64,000 nucleotides of DNA, taken from NCBI GenBank assembly GCA_963693365.1, contig CAVNZM010000011.1:4906639-4970638 (forward strand), written 5' to 3'. This document shows positions 1-12,863 of the stretch, in pieces. Below the pieces are notes generated by a model. It was not told where the DNA came from and made no database searches. It saw nothing but the letters and a program-made list of their open reading frames with translations. The stretch comes from Amoebidium appalachense. Its lineage: Eukaryota > Protista > Ichthyosporea. Made by a program: the position numbers and the translations under genes. Position 1 is the stretch's first letter, and each line of letters starts with the position of its first letter.

Positions 1-703
1 TTGAGGAGTTCAAGAACGAGAACGTTCAGTATGCTCTTCTTCGCACCATTTCTGGTGACCAGGAGAGCAGGCGCACTAAGTTTGTCTTCATCACTTGGAT
101 TGGCCCCAACGTGAGTGCGCTGCAGAAGGGCAAGGCCGCCACTCTCAAGTCTACGGTTGTCCCTGTCGTTGGCCAGTTCCATATCGAGGTGTGTATAACA
201 GGCTCTCCTGTGTTGTTATCCTTGAAGCTTATCTCTGTGAATTGTTCCGTTCTTTGCCCGTAATGCTCTTTTTGTTGTGGTTGCCTGAAGGTTGTTAAAT
301 AACTTGCTGGCTACCATTTGGAAGGTTATGTGCTTCAGAATCTTGCTGTGGCTTTTTTGTGACCTCTCCCCCTTTACAGGTCCAGACAGACGACAAGAAG
401 TTCTTGACCGAGGAGGAAATCACCAAGAAGCTGAAGGCTGCTGGGGGTGCCGACTACGACACCGGCTCCAACAAAGGTGGCGCGTATAAGAGCGAGAGTG
501 GAAGCATCAAGGCCAAAGCCCTGCAGTCATACCAGGAGAAGGAGAAGGAGAGCAACATCGGCCCCATCAAGTACGTCACCTCGGCCCTGCCCAACACCAC
601 CCCGGTGGATCTGAAGGGCCGCCCGATGGTGGCTCCTCCCTCTGAGGCCATCAAGAACATGCAAGACAACGTGAATGACGTCGACAAGTGGAAGTCCGCG
701 TAA
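1..703 (+). CDS. Coactosin-like ADF-H domain protein, 3' part (exons <1-188 and 380-703; GT-AG intron 189-379)
   Basis: The frame from nt 3 reads EEFKNENVQYALLRTISGDQESRRTKFVFITWIGPNVSALQKGKAA..., matching the coactosin pattern SKRxKFVFITWIG. It splices gag|gtgtgt...tttacag|gtc in phase to VQTDDKKFLTEEEITKKLKAAGGADYD. Stop TAA at 701-703. Confidence 0.85.
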
Positions 704-1913
704 GAGCCCTGATATCAATTTGTTCCTTGTAAACTGTATGTGTTTCGAAAGAGGTGCATGGCTAGTAGTTGTGGATTACACTTGACACAAGCCGTGCAAC
801 TGATAGGTTTAGTTTTCTCTACACCTGAACATTTCTTGAAGAAAGCTAGGGTAAACTGACCAGATTCAACTTGAATGTCTCAGCTTGTTCAGTACGACGA
901 TATTATCTTCACACCACAACCAGATAACTATAACGGATTACTTTAGACCTACAAGCAGCTGCAAAGCACATGGCATTGCCTCTCTGTGAGATTCAGGTAT
1001 TCCATATGGACACCTTGTGGTAGACACTGGTGTTACTGCTTAGTAATAATGCGAAAGTAGAAATAACGCAAGACGAGAGTCTGCCGTAAATAAAACCGTG
1101 CTCCACATATGTTGTTTGTGACAGGCTTCTGATCTTCCCCTTCAACATCCCTCTCCACCCCACTTTTTTTTTAGTAAGCCAAGTTGCTTTTTAGCTCCCC
1201 ATTTGAACCCCCCCTCCCCTTCCACCCTACTACTAAGTCACTAGTTGCTAACAGATGGTAAGCAGGACTTCCAAGTGAGGATAGTGCTTGATTTTCAGTA
1301 ACTGCGCATCATCCTTGTACTCTATGTCAACCATGTCGCTTGTGTCAAGCCGGGGCACAAGAATAAGTCGGCAAATGCCATTTTACTTGTCCTTGTGTAT
1401 GTTTGGCCTCGAAGCCTCGGAGTTTTAGTGACCGTAAAAAGAGCTAGGAGAAAGTGGGAGAATAGATAGTGTGGGCACTCGACGGGACCTCTTGTTTTGT
1501 TTTGCGGCGACATGTGATAGATCGATCATCCGACAGTCAAGAGCCTATCATGATCTACAGGGTTCTCTAATTGATTTGAAGGTATGGTCGACAAATCAAC
1601 TGCCTGAACTAAACTGCTGTCGCTTTGTTGTTTTAAGTACCAGTTCCTAGTAGAGGACTTAAAATTGTATTATAAAGGTTTTTTCCGCTATTAAAAATAA
1701 TCATCCCTTCACAAGATATACGAGTTTCTGGGAAAAGTTCTCACGATTTGCAGGTTTACCCCTACGGGTGTCTGCGTGTATACGTGTGTGCAGGTGTTTG
1801 TGTGTGCATGGCGTGTGTATGTTGTATGTGATTGTGGGTGTGTTTGTATACGTGTTTGTGTGTGTGTTTTATGCAGATGTGGTCACCCCGGGTTGTTGGG
1901 TTGGGTGGGGGGC

Positions 1914-1947
<34 letters not shown>

Positions 1948-1960
1948 TCCGAAGGGGGGA

Positions 1961-2251
1961 TGTTGTGTCCCTTGTGTGTATACGTGTGTTGAAGTGGGTT
2001 CTTTGAACGGAGTTATAGGGGAAAAGGCAACGCGACACCATCACTGGGGGTTAACGGGAACTCACTCGTTTCCCTAACCCTTTACTATCGGCTCCCTGCA
2101 CAGCACAGAGCGCAGGCTGATGTACGGGAAGGTGTCTCCAGGACACGTAGGCGCACTCATTGAATTCCTCATCATATATGGAGCGCCAGGCTCGTATCCT
2201 ATTGGCTACTATTTGATGGTATTTTACCCCATATGACGCAATCACACCACA
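1961..2251 (-). repeat. 3' LTR of Gypsy A
   Basis: Direct repeat of 26454-26744. Adjacent gtacccccccctt is the reverse-complemented polypurine tract. Confidence 0.93.
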
Positions 2252-2404
2252 GTACCCCCCCCTTAAGATCCTTCGTCCTCGAAGGAGTGAGTGATAGGGT
2301 GAGATATGTGTGGAAAAAAACGACATATAGTCATAAGCATCAGCTTACGATCTGTGTTGTGAGGAATGGTTCCTAACGAACCAATCACAGCCATGTGCTA
2401 ATTT

Positions 2405-2986
2405 TTATACGGGCAGATCCTTATCTTCCTGCACGTGGGGAAGAGGGGTCTGTGTCCGATCAAATTTAGACTCAAACTCAGCAATTAATTTTGCACATAA
2501 CCTCAATTGTGTTTTATCCATCCACACAGGATTATCACGGTCAGCTTTAAGGCGGACCAGATATTTCTGTGTAGGTAGAGCACGCCGGTTTCGTAAAGAA
2601 ACGGGGTGTTCTATCTTCATATCTAGAATGGCCTCTATTTCGACTTCATCATCTGCAACAATGTTCCAACTATGCGACTGACCAGTCACAGGGAGGTCAT
2701 CATTGTTAGGCATAGCGCCACGTACAGAGAGAGGCACTTCTAGATTAATATCATTCACATTGAGAATACGAATATCATTTAAATCTTGCTTATTTCTGAC
2801 CCTATAAGCTAATTCTCCCACTTGCTTGACCACCTCAAATCCGTGGTGCCAACGAGGGGAAAATTTACCTGGATGCTCAGAAGTATTTCTAATCATCACT
2901 GGGTCTCCTCTGAAAAATTTGCGAATTTTCGCAACTTGATCTGATTTGTGCGAATTATTCTTAGCATATCCAGGTGGCTTATTCAT
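2405..2986 (-). pseudogene. Gypsy A integrase C-terminus with chromodomain (frameshifted from the IN core)
   Basis: GPY/F-like segment KFSPRWHHGFEVVKQVGELAYRV, then chromodomain EVEIEAILDMK...KYLVRLK...PVWMDKTQL...LIAEF. Confidence 0.8.
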
Positions 2987-4584
2987 TGCCTATGCCGCAC
3001 AATCTGAATTTGCCGTATCGCTTTTTCCCTCATAGCAGTCCACTCTGGCTGCTTCATGGGTTCCCCAGGAGGCAACAGAGAGACATCCGGAAAAAGTGTA
3101 GGATGTTGCCCGAATACGAGATAATATGGTGAATATCCAGTAGCCGCATGTTGAGTAACCCTATACCCAAACATAACGGGAGCTAGATATTCGTCCCAAT
3201 CATCCCCATCCAAATTCACATACTTACTAATGGCATCATTAATTGGTCTGTGAGACCTTTCGTTAATGGCATTAGTTTGAGGGTGATAGGCGGCTGTGTT
3301 TAACTTTGTGATATTCAACATTTTACACAGCTCTAGCACTATCTCCGAGAGAAAATTTGCACCGCGGTCAGACAACAGTGACCTAGGTGGGCCATAAACA
3401 TAACAAAATCTATCCAAGATAAGCCGTGCAATTGTGGCAGCCGTTTCATCGGTTACCGCAAAGGCTTCTGCATATCTCGTAGGGATATCCATAATAACGA
3501 TAATTTTGGTATTCCCATGTTTGGAAGGTTTAGAGGGCACGATTGTATCAATACTTATTCGTTCGAATAATTTTGTAGGAGTGAGAGATGGAGGAGGGGA
3601 TGGTCTAACTTTCATGTGTGGGTCAGAATTACGTGCCTGACACCCAACACACGAGCGCACCCACCTATGCACATACCTACTCATACCCGGCCAATAATAC
3701 GTGCGCAACGCTTTTAACGTGCGATGCACACCAAAATGGCCCATCTTATCATGCACACTCTCTAATAATTCGTGATATAAAGCCTCGGGAACAAACAACT
3801 TTCTCCCCTCCAAAGAAAAATAATATAGGACATTATTTTCCACAAAACAGTGACGAGCAATGCGAGCGAGTTTTCTTCTTTTCGCATTACTAATACGTGG
3901 TGTGGGGTCCTCTACATTTTCTTCCAAATTATCAGCGGGAGAAGTGTTATTCCGTGTGATATTTTGCGTTAATTTTTGCATGTATGCATGCTTTTTGGGT
4001 CCCCGCGGTGGGTCTTTTGTAGACAACAAAGTAATGATATCACCACAAAGGGGGTCATTACATTGTGCTGCTACGATCGCATCTCTCTGGTAGCCGGCCC
4101 CAGCTAAGGCAGCTATCTGCACAGGATGCGAAGGGGAATCTTGGGAGATATTGCCATTTTTGGAAGCAATATTATTAAGGTACAAAACATGCGAATTTTC
4201 TTCTGTATGCAGGGGGACCTGCACAACATGAAGAGAATTCGAATCTACTCTCTGTTTAACCATCACCGAACGAAGGGACCCTTCTAAACTAATTTCACAG
4301 GAACCGTTCGCTGGCGGGGAAAGGTTAACGTGAGTATGGGTGGCAGATATGCCCAAATATGGTAAGCAAGCCGCGACGTGCGCTTGCAAAGGCATAGGGG
4401 GGTGAGAAGGAGCAGTGTATGAATCATCAGGAAAATAAACTGACGAGATCACTACACGCTCCAACTCAGTATTCTTATCATAATGCACCCATCTATCTGC
4501 TTCCTGAGAGTGATCTGCAGGCGGTTCGTCTGATTGGTCCTCAGCTGCATAAGGAATGCGACTGATACCATCAGCGTCCGGCAA
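2983..4584 (-). pseudogene. Gypsy A integrase (HHCC and DDE core)
   Basis: H-x4-H FGVHRT...YYWPGM...CVGCQ; ISIDTI; LLSDRGANF; YHPQTNAINER. Confidence 0.92.
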
Positions 4585-4589
4585 GTCAG

Positions 4590-6072
4590 AACCTTTTTAA
4601 TAAAATAACTGGAAGTCAAAGCCCTGCAGCTTTGCAGCCCAACGATAAATTCTATCATTGGCTATACGTGTGCCTCCAGTAATACATAAATTCGGCTTAT
4701 GATCCGTATATACGCGAAATGTCCGACCATAGAGATATACTCTCCACTCATGTGTGAGAGCATATACTAAGGCCAAAGCTTCCCTTTCACTGGTGGAATA
4801 ACGTTTTTCTGTGGGGGAAAATAATTTGGAAAAATATCATGATGCTACCACACGCAAAGACCCATCGGCTTGGGTTTGGTATAGGCAGCCCCCCATAGAG
4901 ATAGCACATGCGTCTGTCTTAACAACAAACTCACCGGCATCCTTACTAAAATTAGGAAGCACAAGCACAGGTGGTTTGGTTAGAGCAGTGCGTAAATTAT
5001 AAAATGATTGCAGCTGTGTGCTATCTTTGTCTATATGGATTTTCTTCGCTGCCTGGCCACCCGTTAATTTTGTTAAGGGTGCGGCCATGCGCGCGTAATT
5101 TTTAATATATCTCCTGAGATAATTTGTAACACCCAAAAATTGTCGCAATTGGGTGACCGTTTTGGGGATAGGCCACTCTGCAACTGCTTTTATGCGCTTA
5201 GGATGGATAGTGATACCATCTGCAGATAAAATGTGCCCTAAGGCATCTATGGTTGGTACCGCTATTTCTGCCTTACTAGCATCGAGCTTAAGGTTATGCT
5301 TAGCTAATGTAGTAAGGACAGCATTCATTTTCGTAAATAATTCATCTTCCGTCTGCGCATAAAATATAAGATCATCAATATAAATAATGCAATCATCGAG
5401 GTGATCTTTTAACACCCAGTGCATTGCACGCATCATAGTGGGGGGGCTATTACTAGCACCCATAACCATGACTTTATATTGGTACAGCTTATTGCCTAAT
5501 GCGAACGCCGTTTTCGGGCGCGATTCTTCGTCATAATAAATTTGCCAAAATGCGCGACTCATATCAAACTTTGCAAAAATGCGTGCACCTTGTGCACGTT
5601 CCAATTCTGCAGTAATATTAGGGAGGGGATATGAGTCTTTACGAAGAATTTCATTTAATTTCCGCATATCCTGGACCATCCTGAAATGGCCAGGTTGCTT
5701 TTTCGGCACTAAGAAAATAGGGAACTGCCAAGGAGAACCATCTGCAGGTTCTGCTTCGTCCCGTTCAATCATTTCATCTACAATTTTCTGTGCCGCTTCT
5801 AATTTTACTTGCTCTAGGCGCCATTGCTTCACTTTGATTGGTGGATGGTCACCTGTGTCTAAACTGGCCTCGAACCCATGCAGCCTGCCATATTCATGCT
5901 CATTTTTAATAAACACATCATAATGTTTATCCAAAAATGAGGACACACGCTCTTTTAACTCTGGGGTATTACTCAGGAAAACTAAATTTCCATGGTATAC
6001 GGTGGGTGGCGGTGGGTGCTGTCTGTGGTTGGGCATCACGGAGCCCATTATGGGTACTCCGAGAGCCAACAC
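4590..6072 (-). pseudogene. Gypsy A reverse transcriptase and RNase H (disrupted)
   Basis: PWQFPIFLVPKK, FRMVQDMRKLN, IYIDDL, LGH, FLGVTNY and the RNase H motif VKTDAC. RNase H continues past a stop at ~4837. Confidence 0.92.
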
Positions 6073-6749
6073 CCATCGGTGCAGAGTCAGTGATCACAGT
6101 GGCCCCTGACTCTGTTTGAAAGGTGGGTGTATCTGCTAAAGAGGTTGCGGATAAATGTGGCAGATTTATTAGAGCAGGGTGCTGCCGAGAGGGGGATTTA
6201 ACCCCCAAACCGTCATCCAACTCCATATCAACAACATTATCATCGATATTAATACCCTCACTATTACAGACACCCAAGGCGGTTGTGCATGCACTAGTAT
6301 ACAACGAGTGGACAGCTAACCTACGAGCAAAATCCACCTCATCTGAATACATAGGATTATCATATGTGCCCCGCCCAGCAGGACTACATCTTTGAGACGG
6401 ATGTGGGCTAGGCACCAATCCCAAAGACTTCGCCATGCCAGCGTATCCAGCTGCCCGGCCGGTTGCAGCAGACACACGAGAATCAAGAACACTAGAGCTT
6501 TTAATATCCGCAACCGCGTAGATTTCTGCAAGGGTTTTGTCGTATCCTAATGTATGTGTACTAGAGACGCGGCACTCTACTAAGTGTACACACACGAAAA
6601 GGAACGAACGTGTACGGAAAAACAGTAAAGTTTATTCAGACCAGGCTCCGACGGGCAAACTTAGATCCGAACGGAATGAGTCTAAGTTACGACTGAGGCC
6701 ATCAAGGCCGTGCCCTACAAGATCATCATCACCTGGCCCCCTACGATGC

Positions 6750-9700
6750 TGTAAACAGTTGGACTAGTTAGGATAAGGCAGAGTACAACTGAATCAAAAT
6801 AAAGACAGAGAACGGGTAGAAAGGCACACGCGGCCAGGTTGCTTTTACTATGGGCCGACTCAGTCTGTCTCAAGACTTCACTGATGTGATCCCCGTACTG
6901 GGACGGCTTTCTTATATAGCCCCCAGGTTTCGGATCAAGGCCCAGGATTGGTTCATCCGCGGCCAGCGCGGGTGGCAACATGCCATTCGTGATTCTGGTG
7001 CGGTCCGAGCCAGTCAGACCTTTGTCCTATTTATGCAAACCTCTTATTGGTTCACTTCGTTTATGTGGTATGCAGCTGAAGAACCATATATGGTTCAATT
7101 CTTAGGTCAGAGTGAGTCCTATTGGTGCGGACATAATATTTATGTGATATTCATGACAAAGCACGAATCGTGTGCTAGTAGATCACATTCTTTAGTAAAC
7201 ATGTACAGTTCATGTGTACAGTTGTTTACACTCCCCCCCTTGTCGGGAGCCTGGTGGTGTCGTTAGACAAGCAAACCACCAGGCTGAGAGGCGATAAACA
7301 ACCTTCAGCGAGAATTCTTGTGCGCCGAGCTGCTGGGCAGAACAGAGCAAGGACGGTTGAATAGAGTTGTGCACGTCTATGAGCACTTCTTCATTTGCCA
7401 AAACGTAAATTCATGCAGCATTCTTCTGTGATTTCATTTTCGTGGCGAAGATTGTTGCAGAGTGTGCGTGCGAATAATTCGCTAAGCCTTCGTCTCTGTG
7501 CTTGGCTTTTCTGTAGAAGTAGTATTTTCCTTTTTGGGAATTTTTCCTTTTTAGGATACTCCCGCAGATTCGTTTTCAATTGCGAGTAATTTAGTTGTGT
7601 GGATGAATGATCATACCAAACATTCGATAATGAATATAACTCGAGCCTTAGGTCACTTCGTAGCTCAGGTAGTGGTGGATAGCTTCAAGGCTTAGCCACT
7701 GCTCCTTATCCCGGTTCTACCATAAGACTGTAAGGCGAGTCACCATGGCCGGAAAAGCCGCTTCTTTCATGAACAAATAGCACTTCTTTCCTTTCAGCTT
7801 TAACTCTGCATCATCGGAGCTGGGAAAAACATGAATAAAAATGCCCAAGTGTTCTTCGTTGGGCGACATAAAGAAATATATCACCCGTCAGAACCAGTAA
7901 AAGCCCGGTTCATAATTCATAAGAAGAGGGTAGGCAAAGCAAGCCTCCTTCAGAAAACACATGCTTCCATTCGTGAGCAGTTTTCGTATCCCATTTGCCA
8001 GCCATTTTCGTTGAGCAGGGGGATTCCAGGCATAATACATTCTTCTGGAGGCTTGGCCTAAAAAGAAAAGTCGTCGCAGTCGCCCTTTCTTTTGTAAGCA
8101 ACTTCGTGAGCGCGCTTCGTGTTTTCATATCCTCCAGTGCAGGTCTGGATGGTGCCCCATCCTCTGCTTCATTTGTAGGTGGCCCTACTGTTGGTTCTGT
8201 TCGTTGTGTGGAATACCAAAACCATTCGTATTCGTGGAACTGCTTTGTGCTGTGCTTTCTTTCGTGTTGGTGTTCATGAAGTTACCCCGTTCACACACCT
8301 ACTACTTTCATACATCAGACGTAAGTAGCTGCCTGGGGAGTGTGTGGTTCGTGTTCGTGACATTCTTCTGTTCCTTCGTGAGAAGAATATTCGTTTTAGC
8401 AGAGGTGCCCAATAAGGCAGCTTGTGGGGTCGTCTCCCGCATGTGCCCATTGGTGGGGTATGCACGTGCTAAATTGTTACAGTGTCATCATATTGCAAGG
8501 GAATAACATGGTCACCTCCGTACCAGGGCCTAGGTACACATGATGGTCCGATGTGTTAGTCAACAACACCTTGCATTCGTATTCGTATTCGTCTTCCACG
8601 TCAATTTCTTCAGTAGTGAAGGAGGGTATTCGTAATTCGAAACTGAAAGGCTTCCAGCCAAAATACTGACACTGTATGCTGGGGTTGTGAGGGAACGGTG
8701 CCCATACCACATTCTTTTGTTCTGGTGGGGGTGTGCCGGCAGCTAGTGCAAGGCTTGACAGTGTAATTCGTATGTTACAGTATTGCCACAGACTGGCAAG
8801 TACCATTAAATTCGTACCTCACACCTTCGTTTGTCTTTCACATGCACGAACAAAAGTTCTGCATCGACTTTATTAACAACATGCCTTCTGTGCACCAAGA
8901 GTGCAAATTCGTTTGGGCATGGCACCTGGAAGGGCCATACATGAGGCATATGTTCGTAATGTGTTTAGGCATGCCAGCATACATTCATACGCATGTTGTG
9001 CATCCTGTGCGCTAAACTATGGGGCATGCTGTATTCGACAACAGCAAGAAATTCGAAGCATGCATGCAAAACTACTTTCACAGCACCTTATGTCCTACAT
9101 GCTATAGGAACAGCGACTATCTTCTTCCTTAAATGCATTCGTGCTGAAAGTGGCCGTGCATCTGGGTTGCGAGTGTGGACGTGCACGTGGTGGCATGGAC
9201 ACGATGACAGTGTGCAATAGCGCAATGCACGCAAGGGCAACGGTTTTCTTTTCTTCGTAACATAGAGGGGGCCGTGTGCATTGCAACCTAAGCAGTGTTG
9301 TGCATTCGTTCTTTTCATTTTCGTGTTTCCATTTCATTTTGCTTTCGTTTTTCGTTTTTCGTCGTTTCATAACTTCGTTACTTTGTTTTGTTTTGTGTTG
9401 CATTCATTTTGTATTTCCTCTATGCATTCGCTTGTCGTGAATTCTTTATTTCATTGTGTATTCGTGATGGTTCGTTTTTCGTTGGTTCATTGCTTCGTTA
9501 GTAATTCTTTAATCGTTTGTTCGTGTATTCGTTTTTCTTCGCGTTTTTTATGTGTCGTAGTATAAGGTGGTTTTCATGCTTTCAATTCTTTCCGTGTTCT
9601 TAGAGGTGGGCTGGCCACTTCAAACTTGTCGATGTGTATGTATTCTAAGCCTGACAAAGAAAGATGTGCCTATCATCGTGGTAAAAAGGATTGTGATCGG

Positions 9701-10284
9701 CCATGGCAGATTCTTGGGGTAATTGAAAGATGTGAGATTCTTGAACTGATTGAAAGATGTGAGATTCGAAGGATGCGAGATTCTTGAACTGCGCGGTCGC
9801 CAATGTAAACAGTTGGACTAGTTAGGATAAGGCAGAGTACAACTGAATCAAAATAAAGACAGAGAACGGGTAGAAAGGCACACGCGGCCAGGTTGCTTTT
9901 ACTATGGGCCGACTCAGTCTGTCTCAAGACTTCACTGATGTGATCCCCGTACTGGGACGGCTTTCTTATATAGCCCCCAGGTTTCGGATCAAGGCCCAGG
10001 ATTGGTTCATCCGCGGCCAGCGCGGGTGGCAACATGCCATTCGTGATTCTGGTGCGGTCCGAGCCAGTCAGACCTTTGTCCTATTTATGCAAACCTCTTA
10101 TTGGTTCACTTCGTTTATGTGGTATGCAGCTGAAGAACCATATATGGTTCAATTCTTAGGTCAGAGTGAGTCCTATTGGTGCGGACATAATATTTATGTG
10201 ATATTCATGACAAAGCACGAATCGTGTGCTAGTAGATCACATTCTTTAGTAAACATGTACAGTTCATGTGTACAGTTGTTTACA
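6750..10284 (-). mobile_element. Non-autonomous LTR element C (LARD/TRIM-like) inserted in the 3' LTR of B
   Basis: Apparently identical 481-bp LTRs (6750-7230, 9804-10284; TGTAAAC...GTTTACA). TSD GATGC at 6745-6749 and 10285-10289. PBS TGGCGACCGCGC (9802-9791). PPT 7231-7242. The 2.57-kb interior has no intact RT or IN. Confidence 0.93.
9791..9802 (-). promoter_or_regulatory. tRNA 3'-end primer-binding site of element C (tRNA-Arg-like)
   Basis: TGGCGACCGCGC lies 1 nt inside the 5' LTR and is complementary to a ...GCGGUCG-CCA tRNA end. The isotype is inferred. Confidence 0.7.
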
Positions 10285-10995
10285 GATGCCACATTCCATT
10301 AACATTCCGATCTACTTTTATCGTGCGCCTGCACGAGCTAAGTCAATCTACTCAACTAATATATTTATCCAAGTCTCACCCCTCACCCTCCCCCTAGTGG
10401 CACCGCAGAGTCTAAATCTACATTTCATACTATCCTCCCCCCTCCCTCCCCCCTTTCCTCTGTCATCGAATTATATAAATACGTTTGGCAGCATACACTA
10501 TCAGAACTTGCCAATATTTACAAAAGGGCTTCTGCCCGAACAATCACATTCCTAAGTCCTCCTACGATCTATCCTACACACTAATTAGAATTCTATTGGT
10601 CGGCTGTACCAGCTGACGTGGTCCTGCCCTGCGCCGGCAGAGGCAAGATGATGCACGCAGCTGCACAGCTATCTTGAGGCCCCGGACTTGATCTTGATGA
10701 TCTGTGACCCGGGCCACCCCCCCCCCCCCCCCCCCCCCGGTCTCGATCGTAGACTTAGGCTAATCTGCTGAGACGGATTAGTATATGTCAACTCCCCCCC
10801 GGCCCCCGGAAAAGCTGAGTCCCACCTCAGTCACATTACATCTAACACCCCCTAAAAAGACATAGACTAATCAGTCTCCTAAAAAAAAAAATTAAATTAA
10901 ATAAATTACGAAGAAAAATAATAAATTAATCTACACCATAAGCTTGATACCTACGGAGACACCTATGATAATAAATTAAATTCCTACGACTACGT

Positions 10996-11682
10996 TCACA
11001 CTCCTCCTCGGTCTCCTACCCCCCCTCCCCCTCCCCCCGTGTGTCTACGTGTATTTGCATCACTCCCCCCCCCGGCCCCCTCCCCCACCGACTTTTTCAC
11101 ACCACGATTAAACTGAGGAATAACTCTCTTTGGCCGAGAGGGAGCACTAGGCAACTCCCTCTGCACTAATCTAGCCTCATAAGCACGAATAGAAAACGGG
11201 CAATCCAAATGAAACTCAGGCAACCACTGATCTTCCTGATAACCTCCCTCAAAACGAATTAAATAATAATTTACCTTACCTTCCTTACCTTCGATAACCT
11301 TTTTATCCATAATTTTATCTACTGCAGCCTCCAATACATCCACCGACCCGTCATAGTCGGGGGTGAATGCATCTAACACTCGACGGCCCTCCGGCCGTTT
11401 AACCCTAAGGGCCCTATCATAATATTCCTTTATATCATCTACATTATAAAATCTAACATCACTCTCATTATCTAACCTCTGCACCTTATATTCCGTCGGA
11501 CCTAACCTAGCCACTATTTTATACGGGCCAATGAAAAGAGGCAACCATTTCTTACCATACTTACGAAGACCTTCACCTTCACCCTTACCTTCCTGCTCCT
11601 GCTTATATCTCTTTTTCCTAGTATGATCCCTAATTAAAACTAAAGTACCCTCGGCAAATTCACGTAACGGACGTGTGGACAC
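10996..11682 (-). pseudogene. Gypsy B integrase C-terminus with GPY/F module and chromodomain
   Basis: KKWLPLFIGPYKIV; VDKIMDKK...YYLIRFEGGYQEDQWLPEFHLDCPFSIRAY. Confidence 0.85.
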
Positions 11683-11794
11683 GTCTGCACGTGTCTGTGC
11701 CTGCTGTGTACGGGCCAGAGCTGCATCACGTGCAGCCCGGGCCCGGGTTAGTAGCTGCTCCCGGAACTCAGTCCAGTGGGGATAAGTTAGTCGG

Positions 11795-12787
11795 TCAGCC
11801 CCCCCCCATCGGCAAAAGTGCCGTATCTAACAAACTAATAGCCTCCTGCCCATAGACCAAATAAAACGGAGAAAAACCAGTCACAGCATGAGGGGTAGAA
11901 TTATATGAATGAGCAATAAACCTAGACATATGATCCCAATCATTAGCCTCCACATCCACCATTTTGCCAAAGGACTTCTGAAACACTGCATGCACACGTT
12001 CAGAGATGGCATTTGCTTGAGGGTGATATGCAGACGTAGTGATATGAGCTACCCTTAAAATTTTACACACCTCCGACACCAACTGATTTAAAAACACACG
12101 ACTCCTATCCGTTAACAAAACACGAGGACAACCAAACCTAAGACAAATTTCATCCACAAAAATACGAGCAAACAAAACGGCATTAGCAGTGGGGAGAGGA
12201 AAAACTTCAACCCAACGAGTGGCCACATCGGTGACGGTAACAAGAACAGTGTTACCCTCAACCGTAGAATTAAAAGGACCGACCACATCCACTGCTACCC
12301 TTTCAAACATACGAACATTAAAATCCCTAATAAACGACGGGCGGGAACGAGAGTGGGGACTCTCATTCCTTTCCTGACAATGCATGCATGACAACACATA
12401 ATCCCTCACCTCCCTACTCATACCCGGCCAAAAATACGAACGATTAACACGAAGCAACGTCCTATTTACACCTAAATGACCAGCCATGGGATGCTCATGC
12501 ACCATATGCAAAACCTCAGGCACAAGTGCCGTCGGGACCCAAACTCGGTGTCCGTCTGGCCCAGAACAATGATAAACTAAATCCTGCTCTACCTGACACA
12601 CTTTTGCTAACTTAGCTACCTTAATCATCTGCCTTTTATTTTTAAATTTAATCGAATCAACCGGCCCCTTTAAATAATTCTTAACCAGACCAATCAACAC
12701 ATCATCCTCCTGAGCTAAGATCAAAGCCGTAGGTGCTAAGGCAGGGGCCGAGCCATGAGACTCGGTCCCGACCTCAGACACTGACAA
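11795..12787 (-). pseudogene. Gypsy B integrase core
   Basis: HEHPMAGHLG...YFWPGM...CMHCQ; VAVDVVGPF; LLTDRS; YHPQANAISER. Confidence 0.92.
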
Positions 12788-12863
12788 ATACCTCCCCCCC
12801 CTCTCCTACACTTATAAGCAAGCAACCCCGGAACCCAAGAAGACACATCCACAGACACAGCAT

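Larger units (their letters stand above)
6538..10790 (-). repeat. 3' LTR of B, split into 6538-6749 and 10290-10790 by element C
   Basis: The two parts join to reproduce 24123-24834 with about 6 substitutions. Confidence 0.95.

Noticed and set aside
704-1960. Short ORFs downstream of the coactosin gene
   Set aside because: No recognisable motifs or splice support. Treated as 3' UTR/intergenic and GT-rich low complexity.
6715-7266. Duplicated ORFs (also 9673-10302, 15923-16162/21617-21856, 2051-2326/26544-26738)
   Set aside because: They are incidental frames inside LTRs, repeated only because the LTRs are repeated.
9709-9790. ~27-bp tandem repeat (GATTCTTGAACTGATTGAAAGATGTGA) next to the PBS of C
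   Set aside because: Short leader repeats are common in LTR elements and nothing else supports a function.
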